Part shown: positions 53,240 to 62,771 of the stretch, one piece after another
How the letters are laid out: the number at the start of each line of letters is the position of its first letter
Position numbering within the stretch: the stretch's first letter is position 1
The notes under the pieces: generated by a model
Database searches by the model: none
The model's input: only the letters and a program-made list of their open reading frames with translations
What the model was told of the DNA's origin: nothing
Program-made: the position numbers and the translations under genes
Virus record (IMG/VR): IMGVR_UViG_3300036980_000377
Location: 1-62,771 of that record
DNA: 62,771 nucleotides
Origin: a virus
Lineage: Duplodnaviria; Caudoviricetes
Direction: 5' to 3' (one strand)

Positions 53240-55737
53240 TGACGACTCCATTTGGACTTAAGAAATTATCGAGAGCTGAATGTGAGCTTCTCAGAAAAAT
53301 GGCAGAAGAACGTTTTGACTTCTTCAACGCTGTATTTCTGGATACTGTTCTACAACCCTTTCACAAGAAGTGGTTTGAGTTTCAACAAGCCAATCAACGT
53401 ACACTAGTCCTAGGCCCTCGCGCAAGTTGGAAATGTGTCGCCAGTGATAGTTTAATTCCAACTGCCGAGGGTCTTTCTTATCTTCACGAGCTTCTCCCCT
53501 CCTCTGATCTTCCCTATACCGCCGAGATTCAATCCAACGTTAATTCGTGTCTAGGTATCACTGAAGCCACTCAAGCATTCTGTAATGGGCGTGAGGCGGG
53601 TCTTGAGATTGAAACCGAAGATGGTTTCACTTTATCTTGCGGACCTGCGCATGGAATCTTTGTTTGGGATGATCACTATCTAAGATTTAAAAAAGCGGAG
53701 CGTCTCAGGCCCGGAAGTCAAATCCTTTTTAAATGTGGATGGCACTCGTATGCAAACTCCGATAGTAATCCTTACAATGTCCCAAGAGGCCTTTGGTTCC
53801 AATTCCTCTCTTTCTTTTGGGCCGCGGGGTCGTCTCGCTGGGGAATCATATGGCGACAACGAACTTTCCGTAAGAAAGTGGCAACTCCACTATGGAAGTT
53901 TTTCGGGCATCGAGATTGGAGCAGTTTACCACCTCAAGTTGAAGAATTTTTGAGCACCAAAACCGAGGGTCAATTCCTTCCGCTATTTTTACGTCAGTGT
54001 ACAAAAGAGGCCGCAAAGGAGATTGCGAAAGCTTTTTGGTGGTACAATCAACATGTAAAGTTTACGGAGGAGCAAGCTAAGGAAGTTCAGATTTGGTTTC
54101 TTAATTTAGGTTTACCTTTGAAGAGGGTGGGATCAACTCTGCTTCATCGTAGCCCAGAACTACGGAAGCAGTTTTATAACTTTCTAAAAGATAATTCCCA
54201 ACCTCTTCCCTATACTGAAAATCAGATAGAGAATTTAGCTGATCTAACGCTATTAGAACTTAATAACAGCGCGTTTACTCCACCATTAATAAAACTACAT
54301 GCAAAGATTAAAGGTAGAAATGGATTCCAAAATCGTACCAGAAAAGCCCAAGAGTTCGTCAGTGAATACCTACAGTATGCCCCAAACATTAGACGCTTTG
54401 CCTTTATGTTCCGATTTCCCTTCTTTCTTCAAACTGTTAAGCAAGTCAATAAAAAAGAAATCACAACCCTCGACCTCGCAACCCGTGAAGGAAATTATAT
54501 TGCTAACGGGCTTATCACCCACAATTCAACAATTCTTGATAAGCATTATAGCATATGGCGTGCTCTACGAGATCCAAATATACGAATTGGAATTGTATCT
54601 AAATCGTCGCTGCTGTCGTCCAGTTTCGTCTCTCAGATTAAGCACGTTCTTGAAAGCAACCAGCGGATCCGGATGGTCTGGCCTGACTTAATCAATCCAG
54701 CTCAAGCGCCTAAATGGAATAACAACGAAGTTACCCTTATTCGCCCTCTCTCCAGTTCTGAAGCAACATTCACAGCTATGGGAGTTGGTACAACACTTGC
54801 TGGGCGCCACTTTGATATTCTCATCTTCGACGACGTAGTTGATACAGACTGTCAAGCATCCCCCATCCTTAGAAAAAGGATTTGGGATTGGTTTAGATTT
54901 GTCGCAATGCAAACACTCAGCGTAGCTCAGTATACTCAAGCACACATCATTGGGACCCTATATCACCCCGAAGATTTGTATCACCGAGTACTCGATTTCG
55001 AAAAAGACGGAAAAGGTAACTGGCTAAGTAGTATCCAACCGGCTATTAACCCAGACGGAACCTCTTTCTGGGAAGAAGCGTTTCCACTAACCGAACTACA
55101 AAGTATTGAAGCTACTTACGGCGTCGACGTCTTTAAACTCCAATATCAAAATGATCCTGAGTTTGGAGGGACTGGACTTTTAGACTGGTCATTCTTTGAT
55201 GATAGTTACTACGATACTGATGATGTCAACACCGATAAACTCGATATTGTTATGGGTGTAGATCTTGCCGCACCTGGTACAGATAAAACATCTCATCACA
55301 GCTCATTTGCAATTGTTATTGTTGGGACTGACTCACAATCCAGGAAGTCTTATGTCATTGATGCCATTAAACGTAAGAGCTTACGCATGGCAGATCAGCG
55401 AGATATGATCATCGACCGTTATCAAATTTATCCCAGTATGCACTCGATTCAGGTGGAAGCATATGCAGTTCAAACATATTTCCATGAATATTTGAATGAA
55501 GTAGAAATCCCGCTTCCAATTTATCGAGTCCAAACCGGAGGGTCAAAAGAGGGGCGCTACGATTTTATTGTTTCTTTGATTCAAAACGGTAGACTTTTCT
55601 TTAAGGAAAACCTACATCGTGAACTAATTGAAGAGATTTGCAACTTCCCCCAAACCTCCGCAGACTTAATCGATGCGTTGTATCTTGCTTTAAAGGGAAT
55701 CCAACGAGAGCCCCGTCTCCGATTCTTGACCATGTAA
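53239..55737 (+). CDS. terminase large subunit (intein-containing)
   Basis: Walker A GPRASWK/S split by an intein; GRHFDILIFDD; IIGT; LQYQN; nuclease GVDLA...DLIDAL. Confidence 0.92.
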   Translation: MTTPFGLKKLSRAECELLRKMAEERFDFFNAVFLDTVLQPFHKKWFEFQQANQRTLVLGPRASWKCVASDSLIPTAEGLSYLHELLPSSDLPYTAEIQSNVNSCLGITEATQAFCNGREAGLEIETEDGFTLSCGPAHGIFVWDDHYLRFKKAERLRPGSQILFKCGWHSYANSDSNPYNVPRGLWFQFLSFFWAAGSSRWGIIWRQRTFRKKVATPLWKFFGHRDWSSLPPQVEEFLSTKTEGQFLPLFLRQCTKEAAKEIAKAFWWYNQHVKFTEEQAKEVQIWFLNLGLPLKRVGSTLLHRSPELRKQFYNFLKDNSQPLPYTENQIENLADLTLLELNNSAFTPPLIKLHAKIKGRNGFQNRTRKAQEFVSEYLQYAPNIRRFAFMFRFPFFLQTVKQVNKKEITTLDLATREGNYIANGLITHNSTILDKHYSIWRALRDPNIRIGIVSKSSLLSSSFVSQIKHVLESNQRIRMVWPDLINPAQAPKWNNNEVTLIRPLSSSEATFTAMGVGTTLAGRHFDILIFDDVVDTDCQASPILRKRIWDWFRFVAMQTLSVAQYTQAHIIGTLYHPEDLYHRVLDFEKDGKGNWLSSIQPAINPDGTSFWEEAFPLTELQSIEATYGVDVFKLQYQNDPEFGGTGLLDWSFFDDSYYDTDDVNTDKLDIVMGVDLAAPGTDKTSHHSSFAIVIVGTDSQSRKSYVIDAIKRKSLRMADQRDMIIDRYQIYPSMHSIQVEAYAVQTYFHEYLNEVEIPLPIYRVQTGGSKEGRYDFIVSLIQNGRLFFKENLHRELIEEICNFPQTSADLIDALYLALKGIQREPRLRFLTM
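53434..54525 (+). mobile_element. intein (364 aa) in the terminase Walker A motif
   Basis: Starts CVASDSLI; block B LSCGPAHGIF; ends YIANGLITHN followed by S. Confidence 0.9.
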
Positions 55738-55756
55738 GTTGCAAACCGCGTGCCAT

Positions 55757-55786
55757 GTAGACAAATTTTCGAATGAAGTCTACAGT
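55757..55786 (+). promoter_or_regulatory. sigma70-like promoter with overlapping inverted repeat upstream of the portal gene
   Basis: TAGACA-17 nt-TACAGT; GTAGAC/GTCTAC inverted repeat. Confidence 0.5.
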
Positions 55787-55804
55787 GGTTGACAGGGGGG
55801 CCTC

Positions 55805-57223
55805 GTGGGTGTTCTTTTAGATTTAGTAAAGCATCTCCAACCAGTTGAAAAGAAACGGATTATTTCTCCCGCAGAGTCCAGCGCAGAACAACGTAATCAA
55901 TCACGTCAAACTCGAGACCTTCAATGGGAGTATTATAGTCCTCCAACTGATTTTAAAATGTTACTCTCAACCTATGTTACCAACGCGTGGGTTTATTCCG
56001 CAGTATATCTTATCGCAAGCACCGCAGCCTCAGTCCCGTTTCGTCTTTTCACCCGCAGATCAAAACAAATAATTGACCCCAATCACTTTCTTCAAGACGT
56101 ATTCGTTCAACCAAATAATTGGATGACTTTTACAGATCTTTTGGAGTCTACCTTTATTTGTTTGGAGTTAGTTGGAAATGCGTTTTGGGAAATCGTTTAC
56201 AATGAGTATGGTATGGTTAAGGAAATTTATTTCCTCGATCCCGCAAAGGTGCACATCCTCCCCGACGAGGAGTACTTCATTCGAGGTTATGAATATCATG
56301 TAAACGGGCAAGTCATCAGATATGATCCGGGTGAGATTGTTCATTTTAAATACGCCAATCCTCTAAATCAGTATTGGGGCATTGGAAGTATTCAAGCTAT
56401 TTGGGATCAAGTAATTCTTGATTCATACGCGAAGGAATACAATGCTAGATTCTTTCTTAACGATGCAACTCCAAGCGGTGTTATCTCAACTCCCCGCCCC
56501 CTTTCAGATAACGCTTTCAACTCGCTTCAGAATCGTTGGGAATCTAGACACCAAGGACACAAACGTTCGTTTAAGATTGCTGTTTTAGACGACGGTATGA
56601 AATTTGATTCCATCGCAATGACTCCACGCGACGCTTCCTTTATTGAAATGAGGAAGATTGTTCGTGATGCTCTCTTCGTCGGAACTGGCGTGCCACCCGT
56701 TTTAGCGGGAGTTCCTGACGTTGCTAATTACTCCACGGCACGTGTAGCTCAAAGTATTTTCTATGACAGCACTATTGCACCCAAGTTAAGGAAAGTTGGG
56801 GAAGCCATTGATATGCAAATTATCAAACCCCAAGATAACTTCGTGATGGGCGCCTTCGATACTTCAGTCGCGCCGATCAACATCATCAAGCTTTCTGCTA
56901 ACTCTCGTATTGTTGAGCGGTTGGTCAAAGCTAAGCTGGTTACGATGGATGAAGCTAGAGCACTTCTAGGCCTCCCTCCTCTACCGAAAGATCAAGAAGA
57001 AGATCCAAACCTTGATATTTCAGGTTTAGGCGGAGATGCAACAACAGGTGAGGCCGAGAGTGATGATTCAGGAGGTCAAGATGCAACGGGCCAAGGTGGA
57101 GATGAATCCGGAGGCAGTGGACCAACTCCTAGTTATAGCGGACCCCGAGCTCCTGCGACCCCAAAACCATCTACAACCGTTAGCGCATTTAAAGGTGCAA
57201 AAGGGGCTGGAAAGAAAAAATGA
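55805..57223 (+). CDS. HK97-family portal protein
   Basis: WVYSAV, LELVGNAF, IVHFKY, FFLNDATPSG, GVPPVLAG, DEARALLGLPPL. Confidence 0.93.
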   Translation: MGVLLDLVKHLQPVEKKRIISPAESSAEQRNQSRQTRDLQWEYYSPPTDFKMLLSTYVTNAWVYSAVYLIASTAASVPFRLFTRRSKQIIDPNHFLQDVFVQPNNWMTFTDLLESTFICLELVGNAFWEIVYNEYGMVKEIYFLDPAKVHILPDEEYFIRGYEYHVNGQVIRYDPGEIVHFKYANPLNQYWGIGSIQAIWDQVILDSYAKEYNARFFLNDATPSGVISTPRPLSDNAFNSLQNRWESRHQGHKRSFKIAVLDDGMKFDSIAMTPRDASFIEMRKIVRDALFVGTGVPPVLAGVPDVANYSTARVAQSIFYDSTIAPKLRKVGEAIDMQIIKPQDNFVMGAFDTSVAPINIIKLSANSRIVERLVKAKLVTMDEARALLGLPPLPKDQEEDPNLDISGLGGDATTGEAESDDSGGQDATGQGGDESGGSGPTPSYSGPRAPATPKPSTTVSAFKGAKGAGKKK

Positions 57224-58293
57224 AATTAAATCAGATTACCCCCGAATCGATTCGGCAAGCTTCGGATCGTGAAGTGCTTGCACTTCACTGGCGGATGCAT
57301 CAACTAGCCGCACCCTTCATAAAAGCTCAAAATTTCGATGACCCCAGATTTCAAAACATTGTATCCAGACACCGTCTAATTGTTTTTGAAATGATTCGGA
57401 GGGGTCTACGATTTAAAGTCAATGACGAGTTAGACAAACGCTCAGCTCCCGAAATTTCCGCTTTCCTTGAAGTGTTCACCAAGAGTATACCTAGTCGTCT
57501 TGGAGATATGTCCAAGCTTGAATTAATCCGTATGCACAACCAAGTACACTCTGTTTGGGAGGTCATCCATTCTAAAGATGTCTCGATTACTCAACAAGAG
57601 CAGTTGTGGAATTGGCACAAGCTAATTATTCGAGAATTAGAGAAGCGTGGAATAGAGCATCCCACAAACTGGGATTCTCTAGATCAGCCATTGGGCCGAG
57701 CACTAGGCTCCCCCAATATGTACCCATCTGGAGAGGAAGTTGGCAATTGGGTATTTATCGAAGAGGTGGTCCAAAACGTTCCAAAAGAAATTACAATTGA
57801 AAAACAGATTGTATTAGTTGACTCCGAAAAGAAATTGATCTATCTTTCGGATGTGGGCGGACGGCAGTTAATTAAAGTTATGTACTTCCGAATCCTTCGT
57901 CAATTCCCCCGGGAAGAGTGGAGTGCTTTTAGAGCCGCTAAAATGGATGAAATTGAGAGCGTCAACGTATCCTATGACCTTTGTCTTAAAAAACTTGAAC
58001 CACTTTGGACGGTACAATTGAGTCTTCAATTTGGAGATTTGTGCTTGGTAAAACCCTATCTTTATCTTGTAGGTGGTGTTGTAACTCAGGGCGCATCTAA
58101 AAACGATATTGACGTTCTTTTACGGGGTGGGCTCGAAGCTCCGCTAGAAGATAAGGTCTTTGGCACGTTCGTTAATCAATTCCCAGAACGACTGAAAAGT
58201 CGTTTCTCAAAATTAAGAGATGAAGGTTTAGGACCTTACACGAGTTATGTAGGAGTTTATTCATTACACCTCGTTAAGGGGGAGGATAAATGA
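57220..58293 (+). CDS. head-module protein with two His-rich helical repeats and a C-terminal nucleotidyltransferase-like motif
   Basis: RHRLIVFEMIRRG and WHKLIIRELEKRG; LVGGVVTQGASKNDIDVLL. Confidence 0.6.
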   Translation: MKLNQITPESIRQASDREVLALHWRMHQLAAPFIKAQNFDDPRFQNIVSRHRLIVFEMIRRGLRFKVNDELDKRSAPEISAFLEVFTKSIPSRLGDMSKLELIRMHNQVHSVWEVIHSKDVSITQQEQLWNWHKLIIRELEKRGIEHPTNWDSLDQPLGRALGSPNMYPSGEEVGNWVFIEEVVQNVPKEITIEKQIVLVDSEKKLIYLSDVGGRQLIKVMYFRILRQFPREEWSAFRAAKMDEIESVNVSYDLCLKKLEPLWTVQLSLQFGDLCLVKPYLYLVGGVVTQGASKNDIDVLLRGGLEAPLEDKVFGTFVNQFPERLKSRFSKLRDEGLGPYTSYVGVYSLHLVKGEDK

Positions 58294-60962
58294 AGGACCG
58301 TAAAGAAAATATAATTGACGCACAACGTCAAGCGAAAGCTGATAAGTTACTCGGCCCCGGCTATTTTGTTTATCCCCCGAAGACCACACTTTCAGTTACA
58401 TCTTACCGAGAGGCTGAAGTCTTTTCGGAACAACAGCTTATTGAGTACATCCACGGTTGGGCTCTTAAGGTCGGACAGGACCATCTTGAAGTTGCAATTC
58501 AAGGTAAGTATGATGGAAATTCTTGTTTTCTACAAAGAGATATGGATGGAAATTTCTTCGCATTCACTGAAGATGGTTCCGATATTACTGAACGAATTCC
58601 CCACTTAATTCAACAAGCGAAGAGTCAATTTCCAAAGATTTGTTATATCCTTTTGGGGGAGATCGAGAAGTGGGTCTCAGTGGGTGGAAAGAAAGTACAT
58701 CAAGGTCGTGAATTTGTAGCTGGAGAACTCCACAGTAAGAATCCAACCAACGATAAAGAATATGTTTGGAACATATATGACTGTATTTGGTTTGATGGTA
58801 AAGATCTCCACAAAGAAGATTACTCCGCGAGATATGATATTCTCGAAAAAAACTTTAAAATTAGACAGTCTGTCTTCACCGCCCCATCTCCTGGATTCAA
58901 TCTCGTCCCTACAAATATTTGTAAGACGGACGAAGAAGTCCGTAGGGTCATTCGCACCTTAGTTAGATTTGAATATCTTGAAGGTGCGATGATTAAACGT
59001 TGGGATGGATATAAGTTTGAATTGGATGGGCGTACTACTGATATGGTGAAGTTTAAAAAGTACGCGGAGGGCCATTTCTGGGTCATTGATAAACGCCTCA
59101 TCCGGGGTGCTCAAAACACTTTTCAATATAAAGTGGCTCTTGAAGTCCTCCCCGCGGAAGAGGAAGATTGTGATCCAAGTGTTATAATCGACTTTAAAGG
59201 CAAGAAAGCAATGCCGGTAGCTGATTCCTTCAATACCAACGTTGCCGCGAAGGTTGGGGATGTCGTAACAGTACAATTCCATAATCTATTTGTAACAAAG
59301 AATCCCGAGGGAAAGATTCGGATCACTTTGTATGAACCAAAAGTTTATGAAAATCGTACGGTAGCAAACCCCAAAGAACTTCCCGATACGATTTCAACAA
59401 TAATGAAGATTGGAATGGATTCAACACTCTTACGATACAAGTCTCAAGACGTTATCCCATTTGAACTCGTCAAGCAAATCAGTATTTTTGAGCAGTATCC
59501 TGATGAAGATAAAGAGTATAAGTTCATTATCCACAATCATTGGAGAGGTAAGACTGTTCATGGCGATTTGCGAATGGAACACACGAATCAACAATACCTT
59601 CTTGGGTATACTCTCAATATTCAAATGCCTGGAAAAGCACCAGAAGTCACAACTCATCAGCAAGCGAAGGATGAAATCACCAACAAGGAGCTTTGGAAGT
59701 TCAACGCCCACACTGGAGAGTTTCAACCGAGACAGACTCGTGGGGGATTAAAGCCAGCTACTTCCATTGTTGTTGAATTGAAAGAACCTGAACCCCTTCA
59801 GTGGCTTACTTTTCAAGGGGTGGTGAATCCTGGTGGAGTAGGTTCAACCAAAGAGTTTCCAGGAGTATTTGTAATTGTAGCGAATGGAACCGTCGAGTAT
59901 GGTTTCAGGAATGGATATTTTCACGAGTACTTCTTCCACTGCCCGACCTGGAAGAACGGGGGACAAAGACTCCTATTCCGCCAATTATCTTCAGATATTG
60001 GCGACCCCGCCGCAGATGGCAAGAGTTTAGTCCCCATTTCTAAATTCCTACAATGGTCGTTTGAAACATCAAACCCTATCTCCGAATTTGAACTTATTGG
60101 GGGTTCAATTATTTGTGACTACGGCGAAATTTTCTTGCCTGAATTTTTGACCCCAGATTACGAGGGTCAATTAATCGTGCACAAAGATGTTCTACCTCCT
60201 TCTGAACCTGCTTCAATCCGCACTCCTACTATGTGGTTGCTCATTAAACCCAATGATGCAATTCCCTATGTATTATCTCGACGTGCGGTGAAGATGGAAA
60301 GAATGACACCCTTCGGAGCTTCTGCACTTCCGAAATCAATTCGCCACCAAATTCCCAAAGAGTATCAGTACTGGACAATGCATGATCCTGCTATTGCTTT
60401 AAAGATCAGGCAAGAGTTAGTCGATGCTATTACCAAGAAACAGGTTGAGATTAACTACGGAGAAGTCTTCAAAGATACAATGTCTGAAGAAAAAGAGATG
60501 ATTCAGAAGGAGGGGTTAGATAGGCCCTTTCTTCTAAACCGTAGAACTTGGAGAGGTCCGATTGTTGTAAGAGTTGGTTATAGTGCTGAGATGTATGATC
60601 TCTGGTTTGATATGGGCGACGAAGCTTATCTGTTTGCCTTCAATCAAGATCCACGAAGTGGTCATGCAACTGGAGTATTAATAAAGGTTCAAGATAAATC
60701 TTTAATGGATAAAGTTGGAGAACAACCGCCTGGTACTTTATTAAACCCGAATAAAAAAATCCCCGTGACTATCGAACGACTACAAAAGGGGAAGGCTTTA
60801 ATGTACTTCGATCAACCTGGTTTAAAGAAGTTCCAGGTTAAAACCCCAGAGTGGAAGGGGCTTTTTCTACTAGAACAGGACGGAAATACAAATATCTGGA
60901 CTCTTAAAGAAACAGCCAGCGTAGGTGGTCCTGTCGAGAACGTTCAAGATGCCCCATCTTAA
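58290..60962 (+). CDS. ATP-dependent DNA-ligase-domain protein with LigD phosphoesterase-like region
   Basis: KYDG, LGEI, IYDC, EGAMIK, VKFK; HNHWRGKTVHGDLRME. Confidence 0.78.
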   Translation: MKDRKENIIDAQRQAKADKLLGPGYFVYPPKTTLSVTSYREAEVFSEQQLIEYIHGWALKVGQDHLEVAIQGKYDGNSCFLQRDMDGNFFAFTEDGSDITERIPHLIQQAKSQFPKICYILLGEIEKWVSVGGKKVHQGREFVAGELHSKNPTNDKEYVWNIYDCIWFDGKDLHKEDYSARYDILEKNFKIRQSVFTAPSPGFNLVPTNICKTDEEVRRVIRTLVRFEYLEGAMIKRWDGYKFELDGRTTDMVKFKKYAEGHFWVIDKRLIRGAQNTFQYKVALEVLPAEEEDCDPSVIIDFKGKKAMPVADSFNTNVAAKVGDVVTVQFHNLFVTKNPEGKIRITLYEPKVYENRTVANPKELPDTISTIMKIGMDSTLLRYKSQDVIPFELVKQISIFEQYPDEDKEYKFIIHNHWRGKTVHGDLRMEHTNQQYLLGYTLNIQMPGKAPEVTTHQQAKDEITNKELWKFNAHTGEFQPRQTRGGLKPATSIVVELKEPEPLQWLTFQGVVNPGGVGSTKEFPGVFVIVANGTVEYGFRNGYFHEYFFHCPTWKNGGQRLLFRQLSSDIGDPAADGKSLVPISKFLQWSFETSNPISEFELIGGSIICDYGEIFLPEFLTPDYEGQLIVHKDVLPPSEPASIRTPTMWLLIKPNDAIPYVLSRRAVKMERMTPFGASALPKSIRHQIPKEYQYWTMHDPAIALKIRQELVDAITKKQVEINYGEVFKDTMSEEKEMIQKEGLDRPFLLNRRTWRGPIVVRVGYSAEMYDLWFDMGDEAYLFAFNQDPRSGHATGVLIKVQDKSLMDKVGEQPPGTLLNPNKKIPVTIERLQKGKALMYFDQPGLKKFQVKTPEWKGLFLLEQDGNTNIWTLKETASVGGPVENVQDAPS

Positions 60963-61034
60963 TGGGACGTTACGTTTCTTTTTATACCTGACTGTGACAA
61001 AATAAATTACGAGTCTATCTTTGGAGGATATGAA

Positions 61035-62186
61035 ATGACAGAACCTGCCGTGGTATTAGGAGATAAAGGGTTGACCTTCGAAGATGCGATTTTCGACATC
61101 AAAAAAGCTCAGGATACTATTGGAGAAACAGATGGCGAACTAAAACGCATCGTAACTGGCTATGCGGCTGTTGCGGACGTCGTGGACTCACAGTACGAAA
61201 TCATCACCAAAGAGGCTTTGGATGGTGCTTCGAAAGATTTACTATCTTATACAACCGTACTGTACAACCACGATCCTGATCGGCCAATTGGTAAAGTTCT
61301 CGAGGCGCGGCCAGAAGGAACAGGACTTTTTGTAAAAGTTCAAATTTCCTCTTCGGAGGATGAGATTTGGAATAAGATCACTGAAGGTATTATTTCCAAG
61401 TTTAGTTTCCGGGGAACTGTAACTGACTATTCTGAGCAATTTGATAAGAGCCATGACCGGTATATAACCGTAATCAAGGGTTTTCGCGTCTTTGAAATCT
61501 CTCTCGTATCCGTCCCAGCTAATCCACACGCACGGACGTTACATTATTATCTTTCTAAAGCTTTAGAAACAATACGTAAAGAATCTCAGTCTCGGGGAAA
61601 CCCCGAGAAGGCTGAGGAAAAAACTCCACAAACAGGAGGGTCTACTAAAACTATGGACCAAGATACGGTGAAATCCGCAGAAAGGATGAAGCTTATTTCA
61701 AGTTTATGTGATAAGCTAATCGCCGCCCTCCAAGATATGCCGCATGTGGATGCACGGTTACTCGCCGTTGCAAAACGGATTAAGGCTGAAGCCCAGGCTG
61801 AAGCTACTGGTGATGAGAAGTACCCACAACCACAACCAGCAGAAACAGATCTGGATATCGAAGGCTACAATCCAGCAATGGAAGGCTTGAAGAGTCGCTT
61901 ATCGGCACAAGAAGATAAGCTGACTTCTCTCGAAAAGAGTATGACCGACCTCTCACAAACTCTCTCGGACTCTGTCACAGAGACTGTGAAAGGTTTAGCT
62001 GAAACAATGATCACCGAGCGCCTCACCCAACTCGACGAGAAGTTTGACGTACAGTCAGACGTTATCAAGAGCTTTGCTGAGCTGCTCGACTCACTGCGGC
62101 CTGCCCTGGGTTTGGATGCCATTGTCGAAAAGACTGAGGCAACTGAAAAAACCGAGGAACAAAATAATCAAGGGGGTGAAACCTAA
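61035..62186 (+). CDS. HK97 prohead protease with C-terminal scaffold-like coiled coil
   Basis: VTGYAA, LYNHD, PIGK, FSFRG, EISLVSVPAN. Confidence 0.92.
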   Translation: MTEPAVVLGDKGLTFEDAIFDIKKAQDTIGETDGELKRIVTGYAAVADVVDSQYEIITKEALDGASKDLLSYTTVLYNHDPDRPIGKVLEARPEGTGLFVKVQISSSEDEIWNKITEGIISKFSFRGTVTDYSEQFDKSHDRYITVIKGFRVFEISLVSVPANPHARTLHYYLSKALETIRKESQSRGNPEKAEEKTPQTGGSTKTMDQDTVKSAERMKLISSLCDKLIAALQDMPHVDARLLAVAKRIKAEAQAEATGDEKYPQPQPAETDLDIEGYNPAMEGLKSRLSAQEDKLTSLEKSMTDLSQTLSDSVTETVKGLAETMITERLTQLDEKFDVQSDVIKSFAELLDSLRPALGLDAIVEKTEATEKTEEQNNQGGET

Positions 62187-62771
62187 TGGCTAACGAGAAT
62201 CTGGATAAGGCGAAATCACTGATTAGCCAGTTGGTTAGCGATTACTCCGCTAAGAAAGACAACGACAAAGTCGAGAAGATCCTTGGCGACGTAATGACTG
62301 AACTTAAAAAGGCGAACCCCGGAGACAGAAAGGGGCGCTTTGATGTTAAAGATGCAAGAGATGCGAGAAACGCAGCTCCTACACCAAACATCGGCATCGA
62401 AGCAATGCTGAGTTATCCTACCGATGACCCAGTCGTGAAATCATTCCAACGCATGAATGATGACGTTCTTCTTCTGTCACAGATGTTAGACACACGTCCT
62501 GAAGACCTCAAGCTATATAAGCAGCTTCGTGCGCATCCGCTCATGAAGGCTGACGACCATTTTGATTCAACCGGCAGAGCAACAGTTCCTTACACTGGAA
62601 CTGAAGCCTACGGTTCAGACTGGATTCCGCTTGGATTTTCTACTGACCTGATCGACATCATCCGGCTTCAACTAAAAGTGGCAGCATTGCATCGTCGGAT
62701 CAATATGCCTACACCGCAGTACAAGATCCCAGTTGTAGGAAGCACAGATATGACTGCTTACCTCGTGGGTG
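62186..62771 (+). CDS. probable major capsid protein (partial, runs off the window)
   Basis: TAATG coupling, GGGGG RBS; open to the end of the window; GSDWIPLGFSTDLIDIIR is typical of HK97 capsids. Confidence 0.8.
   Translation, partial: MANENLDKAKSLISQLVSDYSAKKDNDKVEKILGDVMTELKKANPGDRKGRFDVKDARDARNAAPTPNIGIEAMLSYPTDDPVVKSFQRMNDDVLLLSQMLDTRPEDLKLYKQLRAHPLMKADDHFDSTGRATVPYTGTEAYGSDWIPLGFSTDLIDIIRLQLKVAALHRRINMPTPQYKIPVVGSTDMTAYLVG

Noticed and set aside
1-62771. Genome-wide stop codon reassignment
   Set aside because: TGA, TAG and TAA all end conserved genes at the expected lengths (e.g. queD and folE2 with TGA) and no suppressor tRNA was found; the UGA at 28546 looks site-specific
1-62771. 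CRISPR array or DGR reverse transcriptase
   Set aside because: No regularly spaced repeats, RT motifs or template/variable repeat pair seen by eye; the Cys-rich paralogs share no obvious nucleotide repeats

Overview
A 62.8-kb segment of a large tailed dsDNA phage (HK97-type head) with essentially all genes on the + strand and the standard genetic code. A spanin-like pair implies a diderm host, and a likely selenoprotein implies a Sec-decoding host (an anaerobe such as a deltaproteobacterium is a guess). Order of modules: sigma factor and SF2 helicase; DnaB, primase and a UDG-fused family A polymerase; nucleotide genes (purN, thyA, pyrE, dut); scattered 7-deazaguanine genes (TGT/DpdA-like, queD, folE2, queC); a glycosyltransferase/methyltransferase cluster; SbcCD; 22 tRNA genes interleaved with small ORFs; SSB and RecA; lysis genes; intein-containing terminase, portal, a ligase-domain protein, prohead protease and the start of the probable major capsid gene. 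Most notable observations: (1) a Cys-based phosphatase whose catalytic codon is an in-frame UGA followed by a SECIS-like hairpin; (2) a permuted FN3 protein plus a donor-strand/anchor peptide that may polymerise; (3) about 20 Cys-rich ORFs sharing a WhiB-like CxxC-x5-C tail; (4) a 6S-like RNA; (5) a permuted tRNA-like (YrlA-like) RNA. All family calls come from motif recognition by eye; no searches were run.
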